Assembly (NCBI GenBank): GCA_001179505.1
Contig: CDMY01000376.1
Coordinates: 390,399-454,398 of the forward strand
Direction: 5' to 3'
Length of the DNA: 64,000 nt
DNA from: Vitrella brassicaformis CCMP3155
Lineage: Eukaryota; Protista; Chromerida
The translations under genes and the position numbers were made by a program. Shown here piece by piece: positions 37,953 to 50,790 of the stretch. Numbering within the stretch: the stretch's first letter is position 1; every line of letters begins with the position of its first letter. The notes under the pieces were generated by a model. It did no database searches. It saw only the letters and a list, made by a program, of their open reading frames with translations, and was not told the origin of the DNA.

Positions 37953-40900
37953 ATGCAACAGGCGGCGTACGGCTACCCCAATGCGCAGCCCTACTCCACC
38001 CAGCAACAACAGTACCAGCAGCAGCCGCAGGGCGCCGCACAACCCCTCTCAAACCCATTCGGCGGCGGGGCGGGAGCGCCGGTTTTATCCAGCCCGTTCG
38101 GCACCCGGCAGCAGCAGCCGCAGGCGCCTCAGGCGCCCAGTCAGCCCACACAGCAGCCACCTGGTGGTGGGTTCGGACAGCCGCCCATGGGCAAGGGCAT
38201 CCCCCCGCCGCCCACCAGCGCACAAATGTACGCACAGTACGAACGACCCTTGTCTGATCAGATCTGCTGGGATGCGATGCGATGCAGGCAGATAGATGGA
38301 TCCAGACAGACAGACAGACAGACAGACAGGCGTTGTGTTCACATCACATTCTCTCTCTGTTCTGTGTGTGTGGGTTTGTTGTGTGGTTGTGTTGCTTGTG
38401 CAGGGCTGCTGGTGGGTACGGCGCTCCTCCCGCCGGTGCGGCCCCCCCTCCCACCACGGCACACGCCCCTACTAGCTTCAAACACGGAGGAACCAGACCA
38501 GTAAGGAGGAAGGACACTACCTACCGTACCAACACACCAGCCCAGCCCAGCCCAGCCACCCCGTTTGTTTTGTTTGCCTACCCTACCATGCTCCTGTCTG
38601 TCTGTCTGTCTGTCTTGTCTACCATGCTATGGTGGTGTGGTGTCCACCTACCAGGGCTACTATCCGCAGGCTGCGGCCGGCGCTGTGTCCCAGACGGGGG
38701 CTGGGGGGTATCCCGAGTACCCGGGGGTCGGGGGACAGATGCCGGGGATGCCCGGGATGCCCGGACAGGCGGTCTCGCCCACACACGACGCGCAAGCGGA
38801 AGCCATCGCGGTCAGAGAGAGAGAGAGAGAGAGAGGCAGATCAGATCAGATCAGAGTGCCAGGTTGTGTTTATCCGTGGATCGGATTGCGTTGGTTGTTT
38901 TGTTTCCCCAGAAGGAGTGCGCTGAGTTCAACGCCCCGCCGACCTTTGTCAGGCCATCGCTCACCAAGTATGTTATGTTCGTCAGGCGGACCGCACACAC
39001 ACACACACATACGAGACGAGGAAAGCCCGAAAGGACAGACAGTCCCGCATCGTATGTATGTATCCTTATGCGGTGGGTGTATGTATTGTCTGTCTATAAG
39101 GTTCCCCAACTCTCAGAACATGAAGCAGAAGGCGAAAATACCATTAGGTGGGCAGGGCGTTTGCTTGCTTCCATGCGCTGTGCGCATTTCCCATGCATCC
39201 AATCCGTCCATTCGCCCTGTCTGCCTGGCTGCCTGCAGGTGTGTTGTTCCAGCCGCTGGCCAGGAAGTATCGCGTACCAGCTGTCAACTTCGGATCTGTC
39301 GGTACGCAAACAAACCTGCCAGCCACCACACACCTCACGTGTAGCTGGCTGGCTGAATGTATGTCCGTTCGTGTGTGTGCCTGTGTGTGTGTGGGTGTGT
39401 GACTCCCTCCGTCCCTCTTCTAGGGACGGTAGTTCGTTGCAAGAGGTGTCGGACGTACATCAATCCGTTTGTGCAGTGGGAGGCCAACGGCCGCCGGTGG
39501 GTCTGCAACCTCTGCGGCTACATCAACGACACGCCAAACCACTACTACTACAACCTAGACGAAACCGTAAGACAGACAGACCTACCAGACCAGACAGACA
39601 GACCAGCGAGCGGCATGGCATACCAACAGACTCACTCAACGCACCACATCACATGTAATGTGTGTCTGTGTCTGTGTCTGTGTGTGTGGTCCATGTTATG
39701 TGTGGGACCACACACACCATGTTGTGTTGTGTTGTGTGTAGGGGAAGCGTGCCGATCGTTATGAGCGGTGTGAGCTGTCGACGGGGTCGGTCGAGTATAT
39801 TGCACCGGGCGAGTACATGGTCAGGCCGCCGCAGCCACCCGTCTTCATGGTCAGCAAGGGATACAAGAGAGAATGAACAACGAGATGCATTAATAGATGC
39901 ACTCGACTGACTGCACATACCTATGGGTCTCGATGTGTCCTGGCGTCGCGGTGTGTGTCAGTTTGTGATTGACGTGACCCTTCCGGCCGTCAACAACGGC
40001 CTCGTCGACACCGTCGTCCACGCCATCAGGGTATGTCAACCAACGTCGCACTGGCGCCTGTCAACACACACACATGCCAGACAATCAATTGTCGTGTGTG
40101 TGTGTGTTTCAGACTGCGTTGCAGAGCGAGAAGCTGCCTGGGGGCTCGCGGACACAGATCGGTGAGTCTAGATGCTTGTATGTGTGTAGGTACTTTGGTG
40201 TGTGTTGTGTTGTCTTGTGTTGTGCCGTGGGGTGTCTGTCGTGTCGGATTGTGTTGTGTTGTGTTGTGTTGCGTTCGGATGATGAGTCTGAAATTATCAC
40301 AGTTTGTGTGAGTGTGTCGTGCTGTTCACGGACTGAACCCCCGTGAAGCCGCGACGCCACACTGAACACACATACAGTTTCTGACGAACCAACACAGACA
40401 GACAGACAGAGCCCATGTGTGTGTGTGTTCGTGCGTTCATGGCTGTCCACTCACACGCGTCCCTCCTCTGCCCTCTGTGTATACTCTGTGTGTCTGTCTG
40501 TGTGTGTATGTTGTGTAGGCATCATGACGTTCGACTCGTCGATTCACTTCTACAACCTCAACGGCGGCCTCGCGCAGCCGCAGATGCTGGTCGTGTCAGA
40601 CCTAGAAGACCTGTTCCTACCTCTCCCCGTAAGCAGCTCTCGACGCAGCCGCCTGCCGGCCTGCCTCGGTGTAGCTGGCAGATGTGTGTCTGCCTGCCTG
40701 CCTGCCTGCCTGTGTCACTCAGGATGACATCCTCGTCAACGCGTCGGAGAGCGAGAAGGTGCGTGTGGCTCGGCTGCTCGTGGCATCATGGTCTTGCGGC
40801 TGTCGTGACCTTGTTCCTTCCTTTGTTTGTGTGTGTGTGTGTGTGTGTGCAGGTGGTGCAGGGTTTGCTGGACTCGCTGCCCAGCATGCATCGCAACACC

Positions 40901-43900
40901 AAAATCAACGAATCTTGCCTGGTGGGTAACTGCGGGACGCCCACCACATCCATACAACGCACAAACGTCGGCCCTCTCTCTCTGTCTGTGTGTGTGTGCG
41001 TGTGTGGTGTATCAATCAGGGGAGTGCCGTCAAGGCGGCTCACATGGCTGTCAAGCACATCGGCGGCAAGGTCCTCGTCTTCGCATCCACACTACCCACT
41101 GTTGGAGAGGTAGGTACATCCACACACACATACACACACATAAACACGGGGCCTACCATCACACGCACCGCAGACTGGCAGAGGGCGCCCCGGCTTGCAC
41201 ACCGCTGTCTGTCTTCTGTATTTCTGTGTGTTGGTGTTGGTGTGTGTGGCTGGATCGGCTGGCTGCAGCTTCAGCTCAAGTACAATCGGTACAAGCCCCC
41301 GATGCTCAACACCGAGAGGGAGGTGGAGCTGCTCAAACCTGCCGACGAGGAATACAAAGTCAGTCAGCCAGGGCATGCATGAGCACCTTGACCATAGACG
41401 CGCGTGTCATCATCATGGTCGCCGTGTGTCCTTCCTTCATGCCATGCATGCGCTTCAGGCGTTGGCTGTCGAGTTGACGAGGGTGCAGATCAGTGTGGAG
41501 CTCTTCCTCTGCCCAAACCAATACATCGTGAGCGAGCAAGAAAAGGACAAGAAAATACCCAACCCCACACAACACCCACCCACACATGCATGTGTTGTGT
41601 GTAGGACGCCGCGTCCTTGGCGCCGCTGGTAAAGTTCACGGGCGGCGACCTCCACTACTACAGCAACTTCAACGCCTCACAGCAGGGTCAGCGAGCGACC
41701 ATTACACGAATCGAGTGTGTGCCCCATCTATCTACAAACACCCATCCGTCTCTCTCCGTGTGATGTGTCTGCGCCCAGGTGACAAGTTGCGTGAGGAGCT
41801 GCTGCACGTGCTCACGAGGAACATGGGGTCAGTCAGTGAGACAGATGAGACAGACGACAGCATACACACGCGCACTCAGACGGACAACAACATTTGTGCG
41901 TGTGTGTGTGTGTGTGCGTGTGTAGTTGGGAGGCGGTGATGCGCATCCGCGTGTCGCGTGGGTGGAAGATCACCAACTTCTTCGGACACCTCTACATCAG
42001 GTACACACACTCTCGATTGCAATGCGATGTGTGCACCAGATACACCCAGACAGGCACACACAAGCCAGCCCACCCATTGTGCCGTCTCTCTCTCTCTCTC
42101 TCTCTCTGTATGTGTGCGTGTGTGTTGGTCATGTGTGTATGCCTGTTTGTTAAGGGGGATGGATCTGTTGGTGGTGCCCAACTGCCACAGCGACCAGACC
42201 TTCTCAATTTGCCTCGACCTGGAGGAAAACGTGAGCCACTTGAGAGAGGGAGGAGGACTGTGTGTCGATACATCCATCTTATGTATGACTGACTCAGGTC
42301 ATTCCCGAGCCGATTGTGTGCGTCCAATGCGCCCTGCTCTACACCAACTCTGACGGTAGGTACACACACACACACAGGTGGCTGAACTGGGCTGCCCGGC
42401 CCGCATCGCTCGCATGGGAAGATATCTACATACATTCATATTCGGTCGGGGTGTGTATGTGTGTGTGTCAATCAGGGGAGCGCCGCATCCGTGTGCACAC
42501 CTACTCGATGCCCGTCACACAGAGCTTCCCAGTACGCTACGCTCACACCACCCACACCACCCATCCCATACGCTGGTTGGTTCGTTTTGTTTGTCCAGGA
42601 GATGATGAACTCGATGGACGCCCAGGCGGCGGCGAGCCTACTCTCCCAACAAGCCGTCGACCAGGTAGGTACACGCACTCACACACTGGCACTTGTATCA
42701 TATGTGTGTGTCTTCATACCATGACATGCCTGTGTTGTGTTGACGTGATCAGGCGTTGAAGGCCAAGTTGGCTGACGCGCGGACGTTTCTGCAGTCGTCG
42801 TGCAGCCAGATCGTGGCCAGTGCGGGGACAGGCACGCAGGGCGGGGAGCCGCTGAGGCTGCTGCCGCTCTACGTCATGGGCATGCTCAAGTCAATCGCAT
42901 TCAGGGCTACCAACGACGGTAGGTCCCCTCGGCCGACACACACATTCCATCCCCCCCCCCCCCCCCCCCCCCCCNNNNNNNNNNNNNNNNNNNNNNNNNN
43001 NNNNNNNNNNNNNNNNNNNNNNNNNNNNNNNNNNNNNNNNNNNNNNNNNNNNNNNNNNNNNNNNNNNNNNNNNNNNNNNNNNNNNNNNNNNNNNNNNNNN
43101 NNNNNNNNNNNNNNNNNNNNNNNNNNNNNNNNNNNNNNNNNNNNNNNNNNNNNNNNNNNNNNNNNNNNNNNNNNNNNNNNNNNNNNNNNNNNNNNNNNNN
43201 NNNNNNNNNNNNNNNNNNNNNNNNNNNNNNNNNNNNNNNNNNNNNNNNNNNNNNNNNNNNNNNNNNNNNNNNNNTCCCCCCCCCCCCCCCCTCTCTCTCT
43301 GAGGATATGTGTGTATATGGTGGCCGGGGTGTTTGTGTGGTTGTGTTGTGTGGACTGACTGCAGTTCACCCCGACCAGCGTGTGTTCAGTTGGCTGCGTC
43401 TGGAGTCGCTGCCTGTGGACATGCAGGCGTCCTTCTTCTACCCGCGGATGGTCGCGCTGCACAACCTCGACCACACGGCGGGAACCGTCGACGAACAGTA
43501 AGTACAAAGCAAAGCCAGATGGGATGGATGGACCAAATGGATGGATGTGCGTGTGTCTGTGTGTGTGTGTCTGTCAGGGACCAGGTGCAGTTGCCTGCGC
43601 CGATGAATCTCACAAGCGAGGGCATGAGCCAGGTAGGCACACCTGCTGGCATAGCTATAAGTGACACAAAGTGCTTGTGTGGTGTTGTTCAGGACGGTGC
43701 GTTCCTGATGGAGGACGGCGAGATGATGATGATGTGGATCGGCAGGTACACACACACACACACACACACAAACACTCCACTCTGCCATGCCATCCATACG
43801 TCGCATCCGATCCTCCCTCCGTCGTGTGTATCTGTGTGTCCGCTGTCCTGTCAGGTCGATAAGTCTGAATTTCCTCTACTCTGTGTTTGGGGTGTCCTCC

Positions 43901-44512
43901 CTCGACCAACTCAACCCTGACGTGGCGGAGACACTCATCGGTCAGTCAGTCAGTACTCTCACATCGACATGATGTCAGGCAGGTCCTGTGTGCTGTGTTA
44001 TGTTGTGATTTGATTATTGTGACGCGTAGGCACCACTGGTGACCAGTTGTCATCTCGCGTCAACGCCATCATCCAGGCCATCCGGCTGGAGAGGGAGCCA
44101 CCGTACATGAAGCTCTACATCATACGACAAGGAGAACCTGCAGAAAACAGGTACACACACGTCAAGGCCACCACACACACACCTGGACGTGACCTGCAGC
44201 AATGGGTTCGTGCGTGTGTGTGTGTCTGTGTGTGTGTCGTGCCCATCATTCAGATTTTTCTCCAACCTGGTTGAGGATCGGACGCTGGGCCTCCAACTCA
44301 CCTACAACGAGTTCCTCAGCAAACTAGGTCAGTCGGTCAGCAGAGCGATCCGATCCACTCATATGGCGAGGCGCTGTGAAAAAAATAACATGTGTGTGGA
44401 TTGGATGGATGGTTGGATGGATGGCATGGATGTCTGGACTGGATGGATGCAGGGAGCCGACCCATGGGCGCAGCAGCAGCAGCAGCCCCCACAGCAACGG
44501 CCGGGCCGATGA
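37953..44512 (+). CDS. SEC24: COPII coat subunit Sec24
   Basis: Pro/Gln-rich N-terminus, zinc finger [132 protein letters not shown] and gelsolin-like GAFLMEDG. Confidence 0.95.
42975..43274. other. Assembly gap (300 N) flanked by poly-C, within a Sec24 intron
   Basis: N run. Confidence 0.99.
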
Positions 44513-45561
44513 GGCAATACTGACCGACACAACAGACCCACTGACCGACTGATGCGAGGCGTGCAGTGCATCAATGGCCGTCATGGCCCCACCCACCCAG
44601 CCATACATATTCTTCCCCCTCCCTTGCCTTGCACTCTGCCTCTCTTGCCTACTGACTGACTGACTGACTGACCCCTCTCCCTCTCTCCCTCCCTCTCTGT
44701 CTGACCTCCCGGCCGGCCGCCGGCCATCAATTAAGTAACGCATCCATACGGCGGGCAAACACGCCTGCTCCGCCCGCCACGCCCCGCCCCGCCCCGCACA
44801 GCAAGACAGGAATGGACAGATAGTGAGATCTGTAGCCAGCCAGGCAGTCCAGCTCGTCTGTGGGATGGCTGTGGTATTGCGAGCAATTCGGTGAACTGAC
44901 TGCTTGGGGAGGGAGAAGATTCATTGAATCATGAGACGCGATTTTCCGGCCTGCCTGCCTGCCTTCACTCGTGGTATCTATCTATCTACCCTAGTGGATG
45001 AATGGATGTGTTTGGGTGTTTTCAATGGATGAAGGACGCACAGGTGGATGGATGGATGACTGATGCACAGACGATGTGATAGCTCTGTCGTATGTCTGGA
45101 CACGTGTGCTTGCGTGAAGACGTACGTAATTCAGCAATCAATAAATGGAGGTCAGCTGCTGAGCACCTCCCCTCAGACACACACGCGTGACATCCATTCC
45201 ACCCGTCCATGGCATGGCATGGCATGGACCTGCCTGTCTGTCTGCACACGCCGCCACATGCAATCAATGCAGTCATGCCATGCAAGGTTAGTAAAACAAG
45301 CCACCTACGTTAATCACTCACCTCTTTGTACACCGCAGCCATACACACACACACACACACACACCCCTATACACCCTTTTCCCGTGTAATTACGATCACA
45401 CCCCACCGTCAGTCAGCGATACCAATACCACCTGCCGAACGAGACGAAACTCACTTAGGCACCACCAATATTTACCCGAGTCCCTCTCACGAAGCCTGTT
45501 TGTTTAACCAGTCGATTAATCAATCCCGCCTGCCTCCCCTTCCCGACCACTTACTTCTAAC

Positions 45562-47787
45562 CTAACCAACGACGGGGCTCATGCCGCTCCCAACCTCGCA
45601 GCTAACACCCGCACCCGTCGACATCGCCCCCTCGCTGACACGAGCCCGCTTCTGCGGCGGCGTCTCGTCACCATCACCCTTGCTATCGCCCGATGCCGCG
45701 TCATAGTCATCTTCGTCCGGCGGCGCGTCCGCCTCATGTTCTGATGAGGGGCACTGGTGTGTGTCGGAGCCGGTGGTGGTCGACGGGTTGGGGTTAGTGG
45801 ACGACGGCGGCCGTCCACTCAGGCCCAGGGCACGACGAATCGTGAGGTAGTGGCCTGGATGGACAAGACAGACACAGCCGAAATAAATGCAATGCTCTCT
45901 CTGTCGCTTCACTTGACGAACGTCTGGTTCCTTCTTTCCCCTCTGTCTATGTGTACGTACGTACCTTTGTCGACCCGCCTCAATTTCTTGGCGGATCCAT
46001 CGTCGCCGTCGCCCGAGCGGTCCCCATCGCCGTCGCCGTCCCCACTGCCCCCATCCCCCCCGCCACTGCCCCCGCCCGAGTCGCGCACCAGCCACTCCTT
46101 GGGCACCTTGTCGTCGTAAATGAACTTCTGGCAGCTCATCACGACGCTGTGCCGACGGCCGAAGATGGGCGTGTTCTCGTGCACGATCTTGGTGCCCCGG
46201 AAGATGACGACGTCGCCCTCCCGCAGGACGATGCGCAGGCCACTGAACTCCCACCTGGCGTAGTAATCTGCACCAAAGAATAGACACGACACGACGTGCA
46301 GGAATGTGTGTCTGAGGTCCGAGCACAAGGGCATCCACACTATACCTGCTGGTGTGAGTATCTTTTTCTTGTTGCCGTCCTGGTCGAGCTCGTTGTCGTG
46401 TTTCCTCTCCTTGATGAGGCTCACGTTGTGGAAGAGCAGCGACGCGGTCTTCTCCCGCCAGAGGCCGATGGGTGTTATGACCGCATGTGTGCCGTCCAAA
46501 TCCTCGTCGTCGAGGTGTGCAGCCGAGGACACGTTGAAGTTGAGCCGACACAGCGGCCACAGACCCCCCCACGCATACGGGAAATGCGTGGCCGCCTCCT
46601 CCGTACGCTTGAGTGTCGCCCGCTCGCACAGTGACGCCTTGGTCCTCATCTCCCTCTCCCTCTCGCTCGCCACCCACTCGCCCCAGGAGAACCGTTTCGG
46701 CCCATCCCATGGCGGCTGAGCACCGGCCTCATCGCCATGTGTGGTCTTGGCGGCCTTGAGCGGCGGCTCAGCGGCCGTGCTGTCGTCGGCGTCAGCATCC
46801 ATTGAGCGCGGCGTCATGCGATGGTCGGTGTCGAGAAGGGCGAGGCGGGCGAGGGCCTCCAGGTAGACGTCGCGCAGCCGGCGGACGAAGAGCTGGGAGT
46901 CCTGCAGGAAGCGCGTGACCTCGGCGCCGACCTTTTCCATGTCCTGCTCGCGGGTGGAGAGCTTCTTCTTGCGCTTCGCACCCTTGGACTCGGCTGCCTG
47001 TACTCACACAACATAACATACACACGGTTTGCTTGTCTCCGGTGATCTGCATGTGGCAGGCAACGTGTGCCTGATCTTCACCGACCTCCATGGCAGGAGT
47101 TTCCTTCATGATGGGGGCGTCGGTCTCGGGGTCCCTGGCAAACTGAAACCTGGCGCACACCCACAATTTGAGAGACAGACAGACGGTCCATATCAGCCAC
47201 CGCAGACACACCACACACATGAATGGATGCCCTACCCGAGGTCTATCATCTCTCGAGGCGGATCCGCCCGGTTAGCGTCGCGGCACTTGAAGTACTGCTT
47301 GGGTGCACGGTCCAACAACATCTCCATTGCTGACACACACACACACACACACATCTCCATCTGTCTATGTATCTGTTGGTGTACGCGTTGGCCAACCTCG
47401 CTCACCGATGAACATGTCCTTGTTCAGGCCATCGTCAATCCTCCTCCTCAACACGTGGAACAGCACCTCCCCCTCCTCAGTCATACCCACGATGTCCCGC
47501 TTCCCGTCGCCCATCTCGTCAAACCCCCGCCGTGCGAACTGCTTCTTCAGGCCGTGAGAGCCGACAATGTCTGGGTCAGACGGATGCAGCTTCACGTAAC
47601 ACACCTCACAATCGCTGCTCGGAGGCATGACGCCACTCGGCGCCCGGTGTACATGTATGTTGCTTGCAGTGTCGTCGTTCTCGTCTTCACCCATGACGGG
47701 GTCTTCTAGGCGATGGCCGTCTGCAGCTGGTGGTGGGAGCGACGGGGATGGGATGACATTGGAGGCTGCTGCAGACGGAGAGGCCAT
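45562..47787 (-). CDS. TET/JBP-family 2OG-Fe(II) dioxygenase (six exons, 615 aa as modelled)
   Basis: Exons 47787-47406, 47329-47236, 47149-47026, 46997-46346, 46267-45965 and 45854-45562 sum to 1848 nt, all GT-AG and in frame. Core motifs LNFNVSSAAHLDDED and LREGDVVIFRGTKIVHENTPIFGRRHSVV match the TET/JBP pattern N-x7-HxD ... GD-x9-H-x-N-x6-R-x-S. NLS-like KRKKK. Confidence 0.78.
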
Positions 47788-47938
47788 CCTGGCATCAACC
47801 GGGGTGACCTCTGCAGCAGCACCGCACCACGGGAAAAACCAAAGGCAACTGCTAAGCTCGCATGACGATCCGTGGGGGAAAGGACGAACGGATCCATCTC
47901 TGACCGCTGTTCGCCGTGCTGTATCGCCAGCAGTGTCC

Positions 47939-50583
47939 ATGGATACCAGCAAACCCATTCAACCGTCTGGCAGCGCCACGGCAGCGCCGAGTCTGACGGC
48001 AGCGGCCAAGAAGCAAGGGGGCGTCCAGCACTCGTCGACGATGGTGCTGAGTGCCAGAGCATGCACGCCAGACACGTCCCCATGTGATAGTGCCAGCGAG
48101 GGGTCGGGGTCGAGGGAGGAACCGGTGCAGCGGGTGCACGCTGGCCCGGATGCATCCGTTGGGGGAAGCAACTTCAAGTGTAAGATGTGGATGGATGGAT
48201 GGAAAGAAAGATCACGATGCTTAATGAGTCGTGTGTTTGTCCATATGGATGTGTCTCGTCCATCCATGCTGGCAGTGGGCAGTGTCCTGGCAGACATCGC
48301 CGACCACAGCTGCGAATTCGTCAGTGTAGATATGGGTCAGTCAGAACAGAAACAGACGGACATGCACAAGCACATGAAAGCAAACCACTGACTGAGATTT
48401 GTTCATCTGTCGGTCTGCATGTGTGTTTGCTGTGTGTGTGTGCAGAGTTCAGCGGCCTGTTCGCCAACATCGACCCCAACAGAGCGAATCTGCACGTGAG
48501 CGGCGGGGAGACACGTACACCCATGCACACAACACAGCTGCAGGCACACTGGTGCTGTGCTGCATGTGTGCCTTCCTGGACGAGGGCGTGTGGTGTGATG
48601 TGGGCAGGTGTTCTACGAAGACTGTGCGTGGAGTGTGCCGCAGTTCCTCGTGGGTACGTTTAAGAGGCAGCTTGGCTTGTTGCATCTACCTACCGCAACC
48701 TGTATGTAGACAGATCGTTTCCCTTGGTGTGTGTGTGCAGTGCAACTCGGGGTGTGCTGCGCGATGAGGGACCCGGCTGCACCAGACAGGTGGATGCTGT
48801 CGACGCACACCTTCTACGCATACCCAGCGATGGTCAGTGAGCAAACAAACAGTCAGTGCATCTTTCCATTGACTGATCTGTGCGTGTGTGTCCTGGACAT
48901 ATGTGTGTAGCGGACGGTGAGCGGGTTCGACACGCAGTCGTTCCGCTTTCTGCGTTCTGCTGGCTTCGACTTGAATAGATGGGTGGATGAGAGGTGAGTC
49001 CAAGACACACATGAATGCATGCCATGCAGCCGAGACTCCGTGTGCGTACTGTATGCGTGTGTGGCCGCCATGCCGCCATGTGTGTTGTGTCTGCTTGCAG
49101 CGTTGAGTACCTGCGGCTGGCCGACATCGAGGCGGCTGCTCCCTGCCGGGACACCAAGGTCAGTCAGCATGGATGCGATGCAGACACGCAACACATGCAC
49201 TCGTTCATATATATTTTGATGTCATTCTCACACGACGTGAATGATCGTTTCTGTGTGTCGTGTCCAGGAGCTCATCGAAGAGGGCGGCCTGCAGTGTGTT
49301 GTCAAGGGGATAATGGGCTCGGCCAAGCCACTGGTGGTGCACAATGGGCTGCTCGACCTGCTGCATTTGTACGACAAGTTCATCGGGTACTGACTGACTG
49401 CAAGAGACAGGGGACGGAAGGAGCAGAGGCACACTTTCTTTCTCTAATGGCGTGCGATGCGATGCGATGCGTCCAGTGAGCTGCCTTATCCTCTGGTGGC
49501 GTTTTGCTCCGAGTGGATGAGCCTGTTCCCCCGGGGCACCTTCGACACCAAACTCATCGCTGCCGATCTGCTGCAGCTCAGTAGCTCATCCAGGTAGGTA
49601 CTCTGGTGCCTAACACAGCACACCATTCCTGTGTATGGTGTGCTGTATATATGTTATGCATGTGCAGCAGTGCCACTGCTCTGGCCATCCTCAGATCGCA
49701 GCTGCTCAAGTACAAAGACAGACGGACAGACAGACAGACAGACAGAGATACCACTGGCGGACACAAGTGCATGTGCTGTCTCTGTCTGTCTGTCTGTCTC
49801 CTTTTGCGTCATTAAGGGCACCCCATCTCAGCAGCTTCGCCATCTACCCGTCTGCAACTGCATCCGAGGTCCGAATGACCTCAAGCACAAGACATCCTTG
49901 CAGGCCTGGCTGGCACACTAGGCTCACCTGCCTAGTTGTGTCAGGCCGCCAAGGCACACGACGCCGGCTATGACGCACTGATGACAGCGCAGGTGTTCGT
50001 CCTCGAGCTGGAGCATCTCTTCCACTCGACTAGCCCGGGGCAGCAGCAAGGCACTGCACTCAAGAGGAGGCGTCTCGACCGCCCTGCCATGTACTCACCG
50101 AAGGGGAGGGTGCACTGCACGTGTGTCGGTCGAGTCGGCGTGCATTCATGTGTGTGTGTTTGTGTCCCTATCTGCCTGTGCTGTGGGTGCAGACCGATGG
50201 AGTGGCTGGCACGGTGCGAGAGCCAGTACTTCGCCAACGTCATCTCATGTGAGTCGAGTCCGCACACACACCACACCACACCCTAATGGAAGATAGCATG
50301 ACATGACGTCTCTCTGGTTGTGTGTGGTGGGTTGGTAAATGGATGAATGCACGCAGTGACGGAGGTATCCCCGGCGTTCCTCTCCCTTACGAAGAATGTC
50401 AAGCTCAAGCCCACGCAGCCGCAACACACCCAAGCCGCCGTGAGCCACCAGTCGCGGCCTGTGGGTGTGTCTGTGTCGGCTGGCTGTGTGTCGCAGCCTG
50501 CTGCCCCAGCAGCAGCAGCAGCGGGCAGGCAGGTGGGTGACGGGGCTGGCTGTGTTGTGCTGGCGAGAGAGGGCTATCCATGA
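47939..50583 (+). CDS. PARN/CAF1-family DEDD 3'-5' ribonuclease
   Basis: Spliced GGSNFK/LGSVLADIADHSCEFVSVDM/EFSGL, FRFLRSAGFDLNRW, KPLVVHNGLLDLLHLYDKF, FDTKL and AHDAGYDALMTAQVF. Start and final exon are tentative. Confidence 0.85.
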
Positions 50584-50790
50584 CTGCTGGACTAGAGCGG
50601 CAGGTTAGTGTTGGTTGCGATTGGCCGAGACAGACACCAGCCAGCAAGAATTCGATGGACTGTAGAGTTGGATGGACAGATACATACATCGATCGATCGA
50701 CGTCAAATGCCTGACAGATAAATGTAAGTCACAGCCCCCGCCTCCCCTCCCCTTTAATTGTGCACCGTGCTCTCGGTGGCGCACCCACAC

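Noticed and set aside
35082-43507. Long ORFs containing X runs
   Set aside because: These are artefacts of translating through the N gaps at 35377-35676 and 42975-43274.
47788-47958. Upstream start (47958) for the TET/JBP gene
   Set aside because: It would overlap the PARN start at 47939 and the extra peptide looks non-coding. It cannot be fully excluded without 5' RACE.
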